DNA of 64,000 nucleotides from Takakia lepidozioides. Lineage: Eukaryota; Plantae; Bryophyta. The DNA is taken from assembly GCA_030704615.1 (NCBI GenBank), contig CM060734.1:21762001-21826000 (forward strand). Direction: 5' to 3'. The translations under genes were made by a program, and so were the position numbers. Positions 1 through 13,721 of the stretch are shown one piece after another. The stretch's first letter is position 1; the number at the start of each line of letters is the position of its first letter. A model generated the notes under the pieces. It searched no databases, was not told the DNA's origin, and saw nothing but the letters and a program-made list of their open reading frames with translations.

Positions 1-212
1 GCTTGCAAGGTCAAAAGGAGAATCGAGGCGCCGCCCCAAGCGTTGCGACCTCCACCGCTGCGCAGGTAAGCCGCGCCTCTCCTTGCTCTTTTGCTTTTCA
101 AAATCGCCCTAAGACCATGTCCTCGCAACTCACCTCTCTCTATCTTCTGTGGTAGAAGCGCCGCGCAGAGGCGGGGAGCAAACGAAGGGGCAGAGACACA
201 TTTTTTGCGGGG

Positions 213-214
<2 letters not shown>

Positions 215-246
<32 letters not shown>
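215..246. repeat. (GA)n microsatellite
   Basis: About 16 GA units read directly. Confidence 0.95.
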
Positions 247-250
<4 letters not shown>

Positions 251-499
251 CGGGGGTTCGCTGCGCCAACGTTGGCAGCAGCGGCTGAGGGCGGTGGCAG
301 CGGCGACAGCAGCAATGCTTGGATTGAGGTAAGTTCTCATTCCTCCCTCCCGGCCCGTCCTCTCAAGAATGGAGGGACACAGTTGGCAAAACTGTTCCTA
401 TGATTCAAAACAGCCCTGATGAATTGGAGTATGATTCAAAGGCTTACAACTCTCTCCCAATTCCCTCCAGAACACTCAACTGTCCCTGAGCTGAACTAC

Positions 500-615
500 C
501 TCCCTCTTGGCCAAAACTTGCAACCCATACGCGAGATTGAGGAAGCAATTGAGCATTTAAACGGATATAAAGTTGGTGGTCCTGATGGCATGGTCAACAA
601 GCTTATGAAGCACAG
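500..615 (+). pseudogene. Degenerate LINE ORF2 fragment (region just before the RT domain)
   Basis: IREIEEAIEHLNGYKVGGPDGM resembles the conserved EI..AI..LK..K.PGPDG motif of non-LTR retrotransposons; no further RT sequence seen. Confidence 0.55.
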
Positions 616-1217
616 GGTGGACAGGTGGTCTATGGCTCCACCTCTGGTCATGTGAGATCAAGGGAAAGATGTGGAGAGTTGTCCATAACTTGTATGCTCA
701 CACCAAAAGTTGTGTCATTGTTCATGGAGAGAGGGAAGATATTTATGTCATGTCAAGACATGAACAAGACCCAATAGGGTCACTATTAATTAAAGATATA
801 AACAGCCCAAAACAGGGCACCATCTAACACTTCCATTCTTGTCATAGCCTACCAATTGACATCACCCAATCATTCATGATAAAACAGGGTGGGAGGGCGG
901 GGTTAATTCATGTGAGGGATATGATAACATGTTGCTGCAGTCATGCAAGAGGCAAGGCGTCTGAACCAGCCTGTAATTTTTCCTAGAATCAATACATGCA
1001 TCCTAGCAAGGGTCTTGGAAAAGGCAACAAAGATCATAAATACCCTAGGTCATGCACCAAGCAAAATATCTTGAGCATCTGAATCAGCCTGCCACATTGC
1101 AGATCCAAGACATGTCTTCAAATAAACAATCTTGGGCATGGCAAAACAGGTTGCAACATCCTATCATATCAGTCTTTTTATTACCCAAGACATGCATCAA
1201 GCAAGGCATCTTGGTTA

Positions 1218-1601
1218 GATGGACCGGCCTACAGTTTTTCAGATTCCAGACATGCAACCAAGTAACTTTCTTGGGCATGACAAGACAGATTGCAGCCTCA
1301 TTCTATATCATTCGTAATTACCCCAAGACATGCATCATGCAAGGCATCTTGGGCAAGTAAGAACAACCTGTCATATTACAGATTCAAGATATGTACACAC
1401 AAGCATCTTGATGGACCAGCCTGCAGTTTTTCAGATTCCAGACATGCAACCAAGTAACCCTCTTGGGCATGACAAGACAGATTGCAGCCTCACTCTATAC
1501 CATTCGTAATTACCCCAAGATATGCATCGTGTAAGGCATCTTGGGTATGTAAGAACAACCTGCCATATTATAGATTTAAGATATGTACACACAAGCATCT
1601 T
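1218..1601. repeat. 192-bp tandem duplication built from older ~60-70 bp subunits containing CCAAGA...TCTTGG imperfect inverted repeats
   Basis: gatggacc at 1218 and 1410 begin near-identical units; more diverged subunits extend back to ~960. Confidence 0.85.
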
Positions 1602-4600
1602 GAGTACCCGAGACCCGGCCCTCTTGGCCAAAAAGAAGTCCATACATTGCAGGTCACTGGCCTGATGGCATGACAATGCTAGAATCTACGGCAAAAGTCC
1701 ATTAAAGCTTACCACCATTGTTTTCCAGGAGGCTTATGCCAGGGTTCGCAAAAAAGCCTCACTATGCTCCATTCCACACCAGACTCAGGCCTGAAAGAGG
1801 CATGGCAGTGCCTCATCAGGCTTCCATCTTAAAATTCATGGTCTCCTCGTCCTTAGAGATTCACTTCAGCTACTTCAACTATTTTTGTTTATGTATATTT
1901 TTTCGCTTGTCATCTCATTCATACCCTCGACGCAAATGTTGACTAATGGGATGTGTAGATTAGAGTACATAGAATCACCTCAGGGTGTCGCATCGAGCGT
2001 CGATGTGGGGTGCTGCATGGGGTATCGCAGGCATCCAGTGGGCAACGCCCTGGCATTGCCGCGGCGTTGCCTCGGCGTCGCCGAAGCATCGTTATACCCG
2101 CCAGTTGCGACCCCCGAAGGTCGCAGCGGCGTCGCAGTGACCCTTGGGGTGTCGCAGAGCTGGTGGGGCAAAAGGGTCGCGCTGGGGTGGCCTGGGATTT
2201 GGGGTGGGGTTTTTTAATTTTAATTTTAATTTTGGATCATTTGTTCCCCTCTTTCGTGTGTGCGGGGTTGTAGGGTTTCAAGATTCATCACAATACATAT
2301 TCATCATTCTCATTCCTTGCCCTGGTAACGCTCACAACGGACATTTGATCTCAAACTCCAAGCCTAAATGAGCTAGAGGAGATAAAATACCTCCAGAGGG
2401 TTATTAGAACTTGGTCTGCAATGCGGAACCTTGAATCTCATTGGAGTCCTCTAGGCACCTCCAGTATCTCATCCTCTAACTTACACCTGTTCAGCATTAA
2501 TTAATGGTTGAACTCTATCACCGTTTCCAGTTGTGGCAATGTCTACAACGAGTAAGACTCCTGCAACTGTAAAGTGTGTCCCAGCCCTGCCCCTCTGCCT
2601 GCTTGTGGCATTTCCCATGTGCTTGTTGACACTCTCGCCTAGACAAATCAATGGTCATCCCACATAAACAACTCCCCCTCGTCTCTATCCTCTCTCACAA
2701 ACAGTAAAACGGACATACCATTTGTGGAATTTCAGCCAATTACAGGGAATCGGGTGTTTAATGCCCTATTAGCTTAGACATTATCCTAAAAAGCTGAGTC
2801 GATTCTATAGTGCTACTATAGAGACAGCTGTTACGCGGTGTGCCTAGAACAGGGCAGAGAGAGAAAGAGGGAGAGAGGACCGCTTATAGCTTGAGCAATG
2901 GCCCGCTCCCTACGAAGGATGGATACTGCTCTTGTGCAAGGGTGGGATTAAGACTCCTCTCAGCAAACCACAAAAGTTTCGGATATAACCAAAATTGAAG
3001 TTGCTTGTGGAGTTCTTCAAATGCATTTCTTAAGTCGCCGCTACAAATGACCGTGAGTGAATGCTCTTACTCGAGATACTTTGAAAGACAAGATGTACTT
3101 ACCAATGTACTCCATCTTTCACGGCACGATAAGTCAAAAACAAAAGCTCCTGTAATCCAGCTCCTGAACACAACTGAAATCCCATAGCGCTGGTCTTCAT
3201 GCTCTTCTTCTTCCTGTCCGCCATTGTTCCTAGCGCGACTACCTCCCGCCATCTCTATCCATTTTTTTAACATCATCCATTACAGAGTTTTTAGTTCATC
3301 CATTTTGGGGTTTAGGGTTCATCTAGTTTCAGTGTTCCACAGTATGCATGCTGATTACTTCAGAATGAGATCACTTCATTAGAAATATTGTAACAGTCAC
3401 AGTGACTGCAGTGATATGTACGGTGTGTCTTCTGACGTCAGCTGGTGGGTGGAGGGAATGGAAGACAGCCGTGCATGGTCCCAGGTCTTCACCGCACATG
3501 GAGATGAGGAGTATTTACCATTCAAACAGGGGTGAGCATCATCCCTACCTATCTCTCTTCCTCAGCCCCAAAGTGCTATTATCTTCAGTCACAGTGCCAC
3601 TAATCTCAATTTGCTAAATGAACACTGTTGGATTTATGGCAGTTCGAAACTGGGATTTTGATGTGATATACATGGCGGTAGCATGTGTCAGGACAAAGTC
3701 AAGGTCTGCTCTTCTTCTAGCAGTATATTCGAAGCTAGCAGTTCTCTCTGAGCTGAGACAAGCTGCAACACAAATTATGAGCATCTGCGACAGTCCACAT
3801 GTCAATGGACTTGATTAATTTTAACAAAGCATATAACAATCACCATGTTGGGCTGTCATTCAAGCTCCAGTGTACTCCGGACACTGGCAATGGAGGCTGC
3901 AGGTTTCCGTTTGTGGAGTTTGTGCCTAACAGTTTATGGAGTACCACAATTGGAATTACCCAAGCTAGCTGGGCTCTCCCGTTGTGTATTGAGGGCTGTA
4001 TTGCTTCTTCTTATGGTCAGAGATTGTTTTCTGGTTTAGTGTGAACATAACAAGAAACAAAGAAGTTGTTGTTGCACATTTTGGGGACATTTGCAACCTC
4101 CATCAATTTCAAGCTTTGGAAACATGCGCGGGCCTTGATGGTTTTTTTCCAATGAGACTCCAGATCCAAATTCCACGGAATGCACAAATTTTGTCCTCCT
4201 CACCTTGCTACCAAGGCTTTAGGGTTGGAGGAAAAGTGGAAATTGTGTGTGGCGCTCTGTTTCCAGAGCAGAAAACAGCAACTATGTTGTCTTTTTATTC
4301 TTCTTTCCCCGTGTCTGCATCTACATGCAGTTGTTTGCATGCGCCTCTCTTTTCCATGTTTCTTCCAAAATGTGTCTGGCATGAAGGAACAAAATGCCGT
4401 GACCTCTTCACAACCATGAACAGTGGAAGGAATTAGCAGTGCTGCATTATAATTCATGTAAAGTGAACGAATCGTCTACTTCTCACAGACATATTTGTTT
4501 TTCGCAGGACTTGGACAAGAATGACGTTGTCTACGTAAGTGAAGGAGACCTTAAGGTGGCATTGAAGAGGCTCATTCACCTAGTTCCCAGCAGGTAATAG

Positions 4601-7600
4601 GGAAAACTGTGACTATTTTCAGTGTGTCGTACATGGTTGCTTTAAAAAATGAAAGAATCTCAGTTGCAACTCACAATTTCTGTAAAAATGGAATCTCTAG
4701 TATTGGCTTGTCGACATACGTTCATGAGGTAGATGGATGTGTGGTGTTGATTTACAGTTGTAAACCTCCTGAAGCCATGCACAGTTAAATCATGTGCACA
4801 GGCTGACGGTGTATATCAAGTCAAGTGTGGTGGGGCTGCATTCTGACCGTGCATACTAGGTACTGTGAGCCTGTCCTTTTCCAAGCCGCCCAATCATTCT
4901 GATGTTCGTACTCGTTTCATGAGATTCTTTCCAGGGGTAGCGTGCTTTTGACTATAGCAACATGTCTGCGCTTCCAGGAGTAGTTCCAATTGGCCAAGAC
5001 CAAGTTTATGTAACCCAGGTCCCCTTCTATCCCCTGTGCTGTGGTGGTAGCAGGGATCTGTGGAGGGCATCACTCACCACTTCCCACTCAGCACGTCAAC
5101 CAAAAAACCACAAACATGCCTTGCATCAACTTCAGTCCAGCTATCAAGTACTGGTGCATTGCATTTTTGTCATTTGTGTGTATGGTGCTTTTGCTAAATA
5201 CATTGAAAATCATAGAGCCAATGATAAAAGGACACGATGTAGTACTGTCTTATGGCTATGAAATCATCTTTGTAGAGAAAGGATGCTGGGTTGAAAGGGA
5301 GATGCAATCTCCATGTGCCTTGTTGAATCTCCAAGTGGGTCTAACATCTATCATTGGGCCTGACATTGGAGTGGCAGGGTGCCCTTATTCATGTGTATTA
5401 AGGGCGCCAAATGTGTTCCAATTTGCAGCCAACACCGGGTTTACCCGTGCTGTGTCTCAGGGTGAGTTGTGTTGGTTGGTTCTGTTTTGATGCAGGTTGC
5501 ACTAGCCATACTTAGGATGATTGTTATTTGAGGAATTTCCTCCAGTCTGTGCATCACCCTTCATCTCCCCATGGCCAAGTACATGTAGTATGTGAATTCA
5601 GATGTAACATCCAAGGCACTGCGGGACAGGGCAAGAAGAGGATTATGGAGTGCAGCTGGCAGTTGGGCAGTGTCCCCACAATTGCATCCATTGGGTCACT
5701 CCTCAACAAATGATTTTGTTGGAAGATCTCATGCAGAGGTCTTACTACCCCTCCCTCCCCATTGATGTATGACGACATGTGATGAAGTCTAGGTCCATCT
5801 CTGCTGCTGAAGTGCAGACTATCACTGTGACAAACCTATCGAAGGATGCTTTCACTTTTCTGGGTAGTAGACAGATTCCATGTTATTCTCATGTGAATCT
5901 AAAAGCCCCCCTGCCAAAAACTACCTTTTTTGTTGGAGTTCACTTGTTTGATGTACATGACTTATTTGTGGAGCCCTGCCTGCAGAACCCTGGAAGATGA
6001 TGCATATTCAAGTGAGGCGCTAATGCTTGAATCACTGATAGCTTGCGCCACCTATGAAAATGGCAGATATGAACCCCCCAAGCACAAACCATCTCGGAGT
6101 GACCAGTGGGTTGATTGGTTCTAATTGTGCATAGTTGTTTGTTCTTTAAACAGGGCAAAGTGCGGGGGAAAGCTATTTTGCTTAGAACCTGGCATGCCAC
6201 CACACACTTTTTATTCCTCACATGAATCTCTTGCTTCCAGGATACTTCTGTTTGGTGGCTCCCTCTCTTTCTACCTCATGCAAAGTATACAAGATTGTAT
6301 CATTAGCTTCAGATTGTCATGTCACAAACCACTGGGGTGAGAAGTGCAGTTCTCCTCTTAACAAATTATAGAGGTAAATTATCTAAAGCTGTTTTATCAG
6401 TTGAGTTTTTCCATGTCAGAAACCTCCTGAGTGGCAAGGGTATCATCACCTGCTCCTTACCTAGTTAAGGAGGTGGTTTCACACTAGACCTCTTTACAGG
6501 AATGAGGGAAAGGTGGACACCAGTAAGCTCCGGCTTACACTTTCAAGCTCCTTCTCGCAGTCCAAGTCGCACAATTTCGGTGCCTCTGCTGCTGCCAAGC
6601 CAGCTCCTTCAATCACAAATTCTATTATATCCAGCCATGAGAATGCTGAAGGCCCACAACAGCCATTGCTTCTCTGCGCTGCAAAGCAGCCAACACTCTC
6701 TCTCCTTTCCCATTTGATAGTTTCAGATGCTGCATCTGTTTCATGAAGAATTTTGGTGCTCACCACAATATTGGTGGCCCAGATCCAAGAATGCATAGGG
6801 ACGATGACATGTGGGCAACAACGAAGAATCATCATTGGTGCGAAGAGAGGTGTTAATGGATGACTAAACTACATTGTCTCACGGATGACACAGTGTTGGA
6901 TGAGCAAGACCAAGGAGGGCACTTTTGTGAAACGACAGAAACCCTAAGACTAAGATCCCTAAGATCCGGTGCGAGATATACGCTCTCAATCGTAACTTAT
7001 GCTCTCAATGGTAATCTTTTAAATGCTCCTTATTCCATCTTCGTAGAACACCCCTCGAAATCCCTAATGGGCCAGGGGATGTTCATCCTTGCAGTAGAGT
7101 TCATCCTTCCAAAGCTCTTGTGCATGTAATTAGTTCAGGGTTTCCAGCGTTTCTAGCAAAGAACAAGTTTCCTCGGTCAAATATCAATCAAATTTCCTCA
7201 TTTCCAGTTTTCAAGTGGAAATGTAGAACAATTTTCCAGTTTCCTCATGTGGTATTTACCAAATTCCCACCACAAGTTTATTCTCTAGCAGGGGAATTTG
7301 AAATAAGTGCCTCCTACGTATTAAGGGAAATGGTCATAACCTCTTTGTGAAAGAGACATGTACAATCCAAATTGCGAGCTAGGACAGCACTTCTTCATAA
7401 ACTTCTTTAGAAAAGAAAAAAGATACTGGTGTATTGATGGCCTCTCATTTTAAGATAATAGGGTCTTCAATGGGCACGTGCGATGTGGCCGGTGGGCCCC
7501 GCGCACGGACGCCTGGCTCCCCAGCACCCCGCCCGCCCCGCCCGCCGCTGCGCGTGGTCGCCCAGCCGCGGGCGCGGGTGCAGCAACCGCGCCCGCGCCC

Positions 7601-7609
7601 CCGTCCGCC

Positions 7610-7750
7610 GCACGGCCAGTCCCCCGCCCATGAGTCCGCTGCCCTCCAGTCTGCCAGTCCGCTGCTGGCCAGTCGGCTGCCCAGCAGTCTGCCAGTCCGC
7701 CAGTCTGCCCGCCAGTCCGCTGGCCAGTCCGCTGCCATCCAGTCCGCTGA
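7610..7750. repeat. Dense cluster of CAGTC(C/T)G motifs in a GC-rich segment; motif recurs through 8560-9060 and 10500-10770
   Basis: More than 10 copies of cagtc[ct]g within 140 bp. Confidence 0.7.
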
Positions 7751-9539
7751 CGGCGCAGGATTGCCACCGTCCATTCCCATAACCCATCCGAGCCCTCCAT
7801 TTTTAGGGCTGCGAAAATGGCAATGATCTTCCCACCAAATCCCGGCCACTCTCTTTTGACGGATGTTTGTTGTCCGATGTTGCGGTAGGCGTTTCCATGC
7901 ACGCGACTGTTCCTCTTTTGCGCACGATGTTCATGATGATGATGAAGCGTGTGTTTGAACATGAGAGGACTGTCTCGGCACTACAGCCACCATCGTGCAT
8001 ATGCTTCCACTATTTTTGCCTTCTTGTTGTGCTTTCGGGAACCTTCGTTTTATGGTTTGGTTCTATGTCATAAATATGGAAAATGCGGTCATCTGTCGTC
8101 GATAACGTCCTCGGCTTGTGATCCGTCATGATACGTTTAGCCCCTTCGTACTACATCCCTCATGAGAGCCTTCACAAGTTTAGTTCGTTAAAGGAACCCA
8201 TGGGTAACATGTGCGCGAAAATGGTGGAAGCGTATGCACATGGGGGCGTGTATTGCAGATTTCGTATCGGACGATGGGACTGTTTATGTGACCAAGTATA
8301 GCGGCTTGCATCCGTCATGCATAAGTTGTGGAAAAGGGTGGAGAATCTGAAGAAACCCAGCTTTGTGATGGATCCACATGGTATTATATAAGGGATGGCA
8401 GCACAAAAAAACAATTCGAGTCGTCACGGAACACCATCCAGTGTTAAGGTCCTCAAACATCCACACGCACGTGCTGATGTCTGAGCCACGAGGCGGACAT
8501 CAGCAGATGGACCAGGCTGAGACAATTGCATCTGCAAATGCGCGTGGATGTTTGAGGTCTGTTGTGTCGCGAGTCTGTTCACAGTGGGTCCGCTGGCCCG
8601 TCAGTGCTCTGGATATTCCCCTTATCGCGTGCATAACAGTCAGTTTGGAGGCGGTCTGCTGGAAGTCCGTCTGTTAGGATATCAGTCTGTCGCACTTGTG
8701 AATTTGTCAGTCTGTTGTGTCAGAAGTCTGTTGCACTAAGTCTGTTTGACTTCTTATTTTCCCTCCGGTCAGTCTTTTGGCTTGTTCTCCCGCCAGTCTG
8801 GCGAAACGTCCGTCTGCTGGACAGTTCTCCTCTATGGATATCAGTCTGTTGGACTGTGCATGCATCAGTCTGTTGTGCCGCGAGTCTGTTCGCAATGGGT
8901 GTGTTCGACTTTCCTGTTCTCCCCTTACTCTCTTTTGTCTTCATTCCGCTGGTAGGGAAGTGCCTCCAATATGAAGCCGCTTCGCCTTAGCAAAGCGAAT
9001 AGTCCGCTGGACTGGCGGTCCGCTAGACTCTCGGCCCGATGGGAAATGAGTCTGCTGCACTTGCGAGGACCGTGGATGTCTTTTGTACGTTGCGTTCGTT
9101 CGGTGGACGTATTCAATGCGATGATGGCGGATAGTTGGCGCCTGTGAAATCACGCCACGTTGGCAGTGCCATGCCCGTTTTCCCCCTTCTACTTCTACTT
9201 TCTTCTCATGTTCCCTGTGCGATCGACTCCATTCTCTTCGCGCCTGTTTCTTCGCACAGTTTTGCACAGTTTTGCACAGTTTTGTTTTCCTCTTTGCGTT
9301 TCCATCACCGTAACGAAAGACGACCGTTCTTCCCCAGGTGTGGAGAGTCGCGGTGAGCCGCAAAGCGTCGCAAACACGCTCGCCTTCGTAACAACTCGAA
9401 GTTCATCGGCTCAGTGAGGTTCTCACTTGCTGCGGTGTTTCCATTCCATTCTGTGTCCTCTTCTTGCTTAGGGTGAGTCTTTTCATAGGACTTCTATATG
9501 TCGCTCATTGTCCTTGCACCTTCGTTTCATTTTGCAGCG

Positions 9540-11564
9540 ATGGAGGATGCTTGTGAAAAGGGTGGAGCGGACTGGGTGGATTTTGTGCACCAAACTAGAC
9601 TGAAGAAGAAGCGAAGGTACTGGTACTCACCAGACGAGTTTGATCATAAAATAGTGGAAGCATTTGTAGACCTCCGCGCCCGGAAGCCCAAAAACTTGAA
9701 TTGGCAGAAGGACAAGCTCTTCTGTCCCTTCTGTGAAGAGGTTATCAAGGACAAAATCCAACTAAATCGGCATTGTGTTGACACGGGTTGCAAGGAGACT
9801 GTTGCAATGATTCCACGGGATTTCAAGCCTTGGCCGATACTGAAAGAAATGTCGATTGTCAAAGAGGCCACAATGCGCTTGCGCGGATCAGTGCTTGACC
9901 CCCGCACTTTGGAATTAGACGAAGTGCGCGCACGGTATGGTGTCCATTGTGGTGGCCCGTCAATGGAGGATTTGCAAGTGCAGGGAACGCCGGACGCTCC
10001 CAGAAAACGTAAACTGAGTGATGGGGCCCAAAAAAAGGAGAGGCAAAAAAAAGAGAAGGCTGCAAGGTCTGCTCGCGAGGCAAGGGCAAAATCCACGCAA
10101 CAGACTGAACCCCGTCCTGGGTGGCAGACCCACACCATCAATACTGATACTAAAAGTGAATCTGCTCAGGGCCTGGAAGGGGTGACAAGTCCAGTGGACA
10201 TTGACTTGCCTGACCAGACTCGGCAGCAGACTCACACAAATATCGCGACCCATGCCATCGATTTAGGGTCAAAACCAAAAACTCAACAGAGCACTGAAGG
10301 GCCAGTCTGCCCTGGCACATTGCGCCTCGTTGACTTTGGGCTTTTCCCACCAGAGTGCCCACCAATTGGGGATCCAGACTTCTTCCGTTATTTCTACAAA
10401 GTTGCCCAGTCAGGTCTGCTACGCACATTCATCCAACAGGCGGAACAAAACTGGTTGAACAACTTTGAAGATGAAGATGACGATGATGAAGTAGGGGAGG
10501 TAATGGTCAGTCTGACCGCCCAGTCTGTTCTCTGTGCTGTTTGAGTCCATCATCGGGGTCACGTTGCCTATTCAGTCTGGTCAGTCCGCTGCGTTCTCTC
10601 CTCAGTCCGCTGGCTCACTCCGTTCGTCAGTTAGTCTGTTTTATATTGCTGCATTACTTACTGAGTCCGTTTGTCAGTCCGCTGGTCCAGTCCACTGGTA
10701 TAGTCTACTAGTTGCCTCCACCCTACGTACGCACGTTACAGTCTACTGGTCTGTGAGTCCAGTCCGCTGCATGAGGTGAATATAGAGTCCACGTCCATGT
10801 TCCTGACGTCCAAGTTCTCTGCCGTGTACCAGGATGAACGTGTTTCTATTTGTAGGGCCATTCAGGCTTGGCGGATACCTAGCAATGATGCTCCTTTACA
10901 AGCGACTGCAGTACGTGCGGAAGTGGACCGCGTGCGAGAGTACATATTATTGAAGTATCCTGGGTCATCTGCTGCTATAGCGGCATTACATATTCAAGAC
11001 GCGTCGGGGGGGAATGCGTCTGGGACAGCTGAGTCTGCCATCCAGCAGACTCCCATTCAGCAGGCCGTCATCCAGCAGACTCCCGTTCAGCAGCCTGTCA
11101 TCCATCAGACTCCAACGGAGCAGACTCCCAACGAGCAGCCTGTCATCCTGCAGACTCCTCTCCAGGAGCCCATCATGCAGCCCATGCCAATGGGAAGTCC
11201 TGTCATCCAACAGACTGCGGACCAGCAGACTGACCAGCAGACTGCCTTTCTCTCACATAGCACGGCGTTTTTTGCAGTTTGGCGATCGCCATCACCGGTA
11301 ATTCGACCCGGAGCTGCAGACCTCACACTTCCCCGACTTAGGGTGGGAGAAATTAATCCCCATTTATATTGGCATAATGAGCTTCACCGGATTGTTGCGG
11401 ACCGCCGGTGGTCATTTGTACCCTTTCATTATTCCATGGAGTTTTCTATCGAGGAAGCCAATCATGTTCTAGAAGCCGCCTCTACTGTTGCCATTGAAGC
11501 CACAAACGACCAAAATGCGCCGCCTATAAATAGGTTTGCATTGCCTTTCATTGGGGGTTTCTAG
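9540..11564 (+). CDS. Two-exon hypothetical protein (~563 aa; exons 9540-10499, 10833-11564) with C2HC-type zinc finger, basic NLS, acidic stretch and QQTP repeats; probably transposon cargo
   Basis: ORFs 9498-10544 and 10776-11564 join in phase 0 via GAG|GTAATG (10500) and CCAG|GAT (10833); CPFC-x12-H-x5-C; PRKRK; EDEDDDDE. Confidence 0.55.
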
Positions 11565-11889
11565 CATGTATCGATTTTATTTTTGGCTCAATTTTATCTG
11601 CGGCTTCAAGCATCCCACCGCTATTCCCCTGCCAAAATTTGGACCAATCAAAAATGCCCCCAAAACAAAGTGTTCACTTCGCTCACTATTGCAGAACTCT
11701 CTATGAAGAGTGCATGAAGTAGATCACAAATCAAGTTTGGAGTGCAAAACAGGGAAAAAAATGTGGTTTTGGGTCCAAATGAATTATGTTCGCTCCCAAA
11801 TTTGGCACGCACGTTGCATATGGAGTCATTACACGCCCCATTCAAAAATGGAATGAAAAACAAATCGTGAGCACGCGAAACACAGTCCA

Positions 11890-12270
11890 ACAGGTCTCAA
11901 AGTAATAGCAGATCCAAGGGAATACATTCAATGGGTGAACGGATGGTTGCCCATCCAAATCATTTTTGTTTGCTTCCAATCTTTGCCAGTACGTTCGAGA
12001 CACCCTCTCACAAGTCCCAGACTAATATGAGATCAATCGAAATTCATTCGATGGCTCAACGGATGGTTGGCCATCAAAATGATTTTGGTTCGCTTTGAGA
12101 CTTGGCCACTATCTTCAACGTACGATGTAAGAGGCCCCAGAATAATATGAGGCAATCAAAATTCGTTCAATGGGCCAACGGATGGTTGCCCATCCAAATG
12201 ATTTTCGTTCGCTTTGAGACTTGGCCAGTTTGTTCAATGTACCCTCTGATACGTCCCAGTGGAGGTTAGC
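11890..12270. repeat. Three ~120-bp tandem units each centred on an imperfect palindrome ATGG(G)CCAAC-GGATG-GTTG(G)CCCAT
   Basis: Palindrome copies at ~11931, ~12052, ~12170. Confidence 0.75.
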
Positions 12271-12479
12271 TATTTCATGAGCATGAGCGGCATGAGCGGA
12301 GTAGTAAGACAATCGGTTTTCATGAGCAGAAGTACAAATTTTGAAAATAAAAAACAATAAAAAAACATTAATTTAATGCAATGTGTCAGGAAAAACAAAT
12401 ATATTATTCGGCCCCTTTAAGGGAAAATTGTAGTTTTGACAGTTGTGCTCATGATATTTCGTCTTCCGCTCATGCCAAT

Positions 12480-12920
12480 TCCCAGCGACATGTGCAAATA
12501 TGGTGCCGAATTTCGCGGTAATAGGGTCCATAACCTGAAAAAACGGCGACGTATTTCGCGGTAACAGGTCTCTCTGGCGAAAAATGGTGCTGAATTCCGT
12601 GGCTATAGGTCCCCTCGTGACAGGTAATTTGGCGCCATTTTTCCAGTGCATGTTCGGACTTAGCCAGTTTTCGGCGCAAAATAGGGAAATTCGGCGCCAT
12701 TTTTCCAGACACTGTATCAGTGCATGTTGGGACTTAGCCAGTTATTCGGCGCCATTTTTCCAGACACGGTACCAGTGCATGTTGGGACTTAGCCAGTTTT
12801 CGGCCCAAAAAAGAGAAATTCGGCGCCATTTTCCAGACACAGGTACCAGTGCATGTTGGGACTTAGCCAGTTTTCGGTCCCAAAAAGAGAAATTCGGCGC
12901 CATTTTTCCAAAAATGGCCC
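12480..12920. repeat. Tandem ~55-75 bp repeats (TGCATGTTGGGACTTAGCCAGTTTTCGGC...TTCGGCGCCATTTT)
   Basis: Four clear copies at ~12647, 12721, 12777, 12850 plus degenerate upstream copies. Confidence 0.8.
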
Positions 12921-13066
12921 CACAACTGCTTCTGTTGGATCTCAGTTTGAATGGAATATTGCCTCATTCCAGGAGTTTTGGGGTGCATTTCATTACACTG
13001 CAAAAAAAAGTCTGATACAGCAAAATGCAATTGAAAATATCCATATGGAGGATTCCCTTTGCCCCA

Positions 13067-13720
13067 TCAATGATTTCTGGAATCCCTAAGGAGGAGTTTG
13101 TGCAGCTCGTTCACGCTCAACGCCGGTGCATGAATAAAGTCATCAATAGTCACGTTCATCCTCAACCTCTTCAGGTAAATGTAATACAGATGCTTGCACG
13201 GATAATACTTCGAACCCTTCTTTGCTTCCATCAACAAGAAGTCCGTACAATTGCAAGTCGGCTCCACTCCAATCGTAATTGTGTATACATTGTCGCGTAC
13301 AGCCGAGCCGACCGTTGCCATCCGATACACACGCCCAAGGGCGGGTGGGGGTACGTCCACGGAGCTCTGAATAGTTCAAGCCATCCCAAGAGCATTGGCA
13401 ATCCGAGTCTCATTCAACTTGTTGGGAGGGTGTCGTCTTTTCACTCTTCCGAATCGCATTGTGGGATGTGCAGAATTGTCCAATCCGTCTCTACTGGACC
13501 GAGCAGTCTGCAATGGCTGGGTCTGAGGAACCGGAAACGCGTGGGCCGGGATGTCTGTGCGTTGCACCATTCGAAATCCTGCTGCAGATAAAGCATCCGC
13601 CTCATTCTGAGAGAGGCTGCAACCCGGTGCAACAAGCCAGACGCCCGGAGGCTCCGGCATTCCCTGAATCCCGTACAATAAAGTGGACAAGCCATTGTCC
13701 ATTTTTAACGAATACAGTGT
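13067..13720 (-). pseudogene. 3' fragment of Mutator-like transposase with SWIM zinc finger
   Basis: YTITIGVEPTCNCTDF...PCKHLYYIY (CxC-xn-CxH SWIM); PPGVWLVAPGCSLSQNEADALSAAGF aligns with PPTVWPVKVGTHLSFQEIEMLEEAGF of the transposase at 33.6-37.2 kb. Confidence 0.85.
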
Positions 13721-13721
13721 T

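Noticed and set aside
1981-2215. GC-rich GTCGC/GCGAC segment as a hAT-like terminus
   Set aside because: No partner TIR or TSD identified in the window
3200-6850. Exon-like fragments (e.g. 4509-4593, 5990-6124) of a possible gene
   Set aside because: No recognisable domain or consistent spliced model
7434-8000. Overlapping long ORFs on both strands
   Set aside because: By-product of GC-rich low-complexity repeats
7995-8240. ~25-bp inverted repeat (GTGCATATGCTTCCACTATTTTTGC at ~7995 vs ~8215-8240)
   Set aside because: Real but short, with no TSD or further pairing; no function supportable
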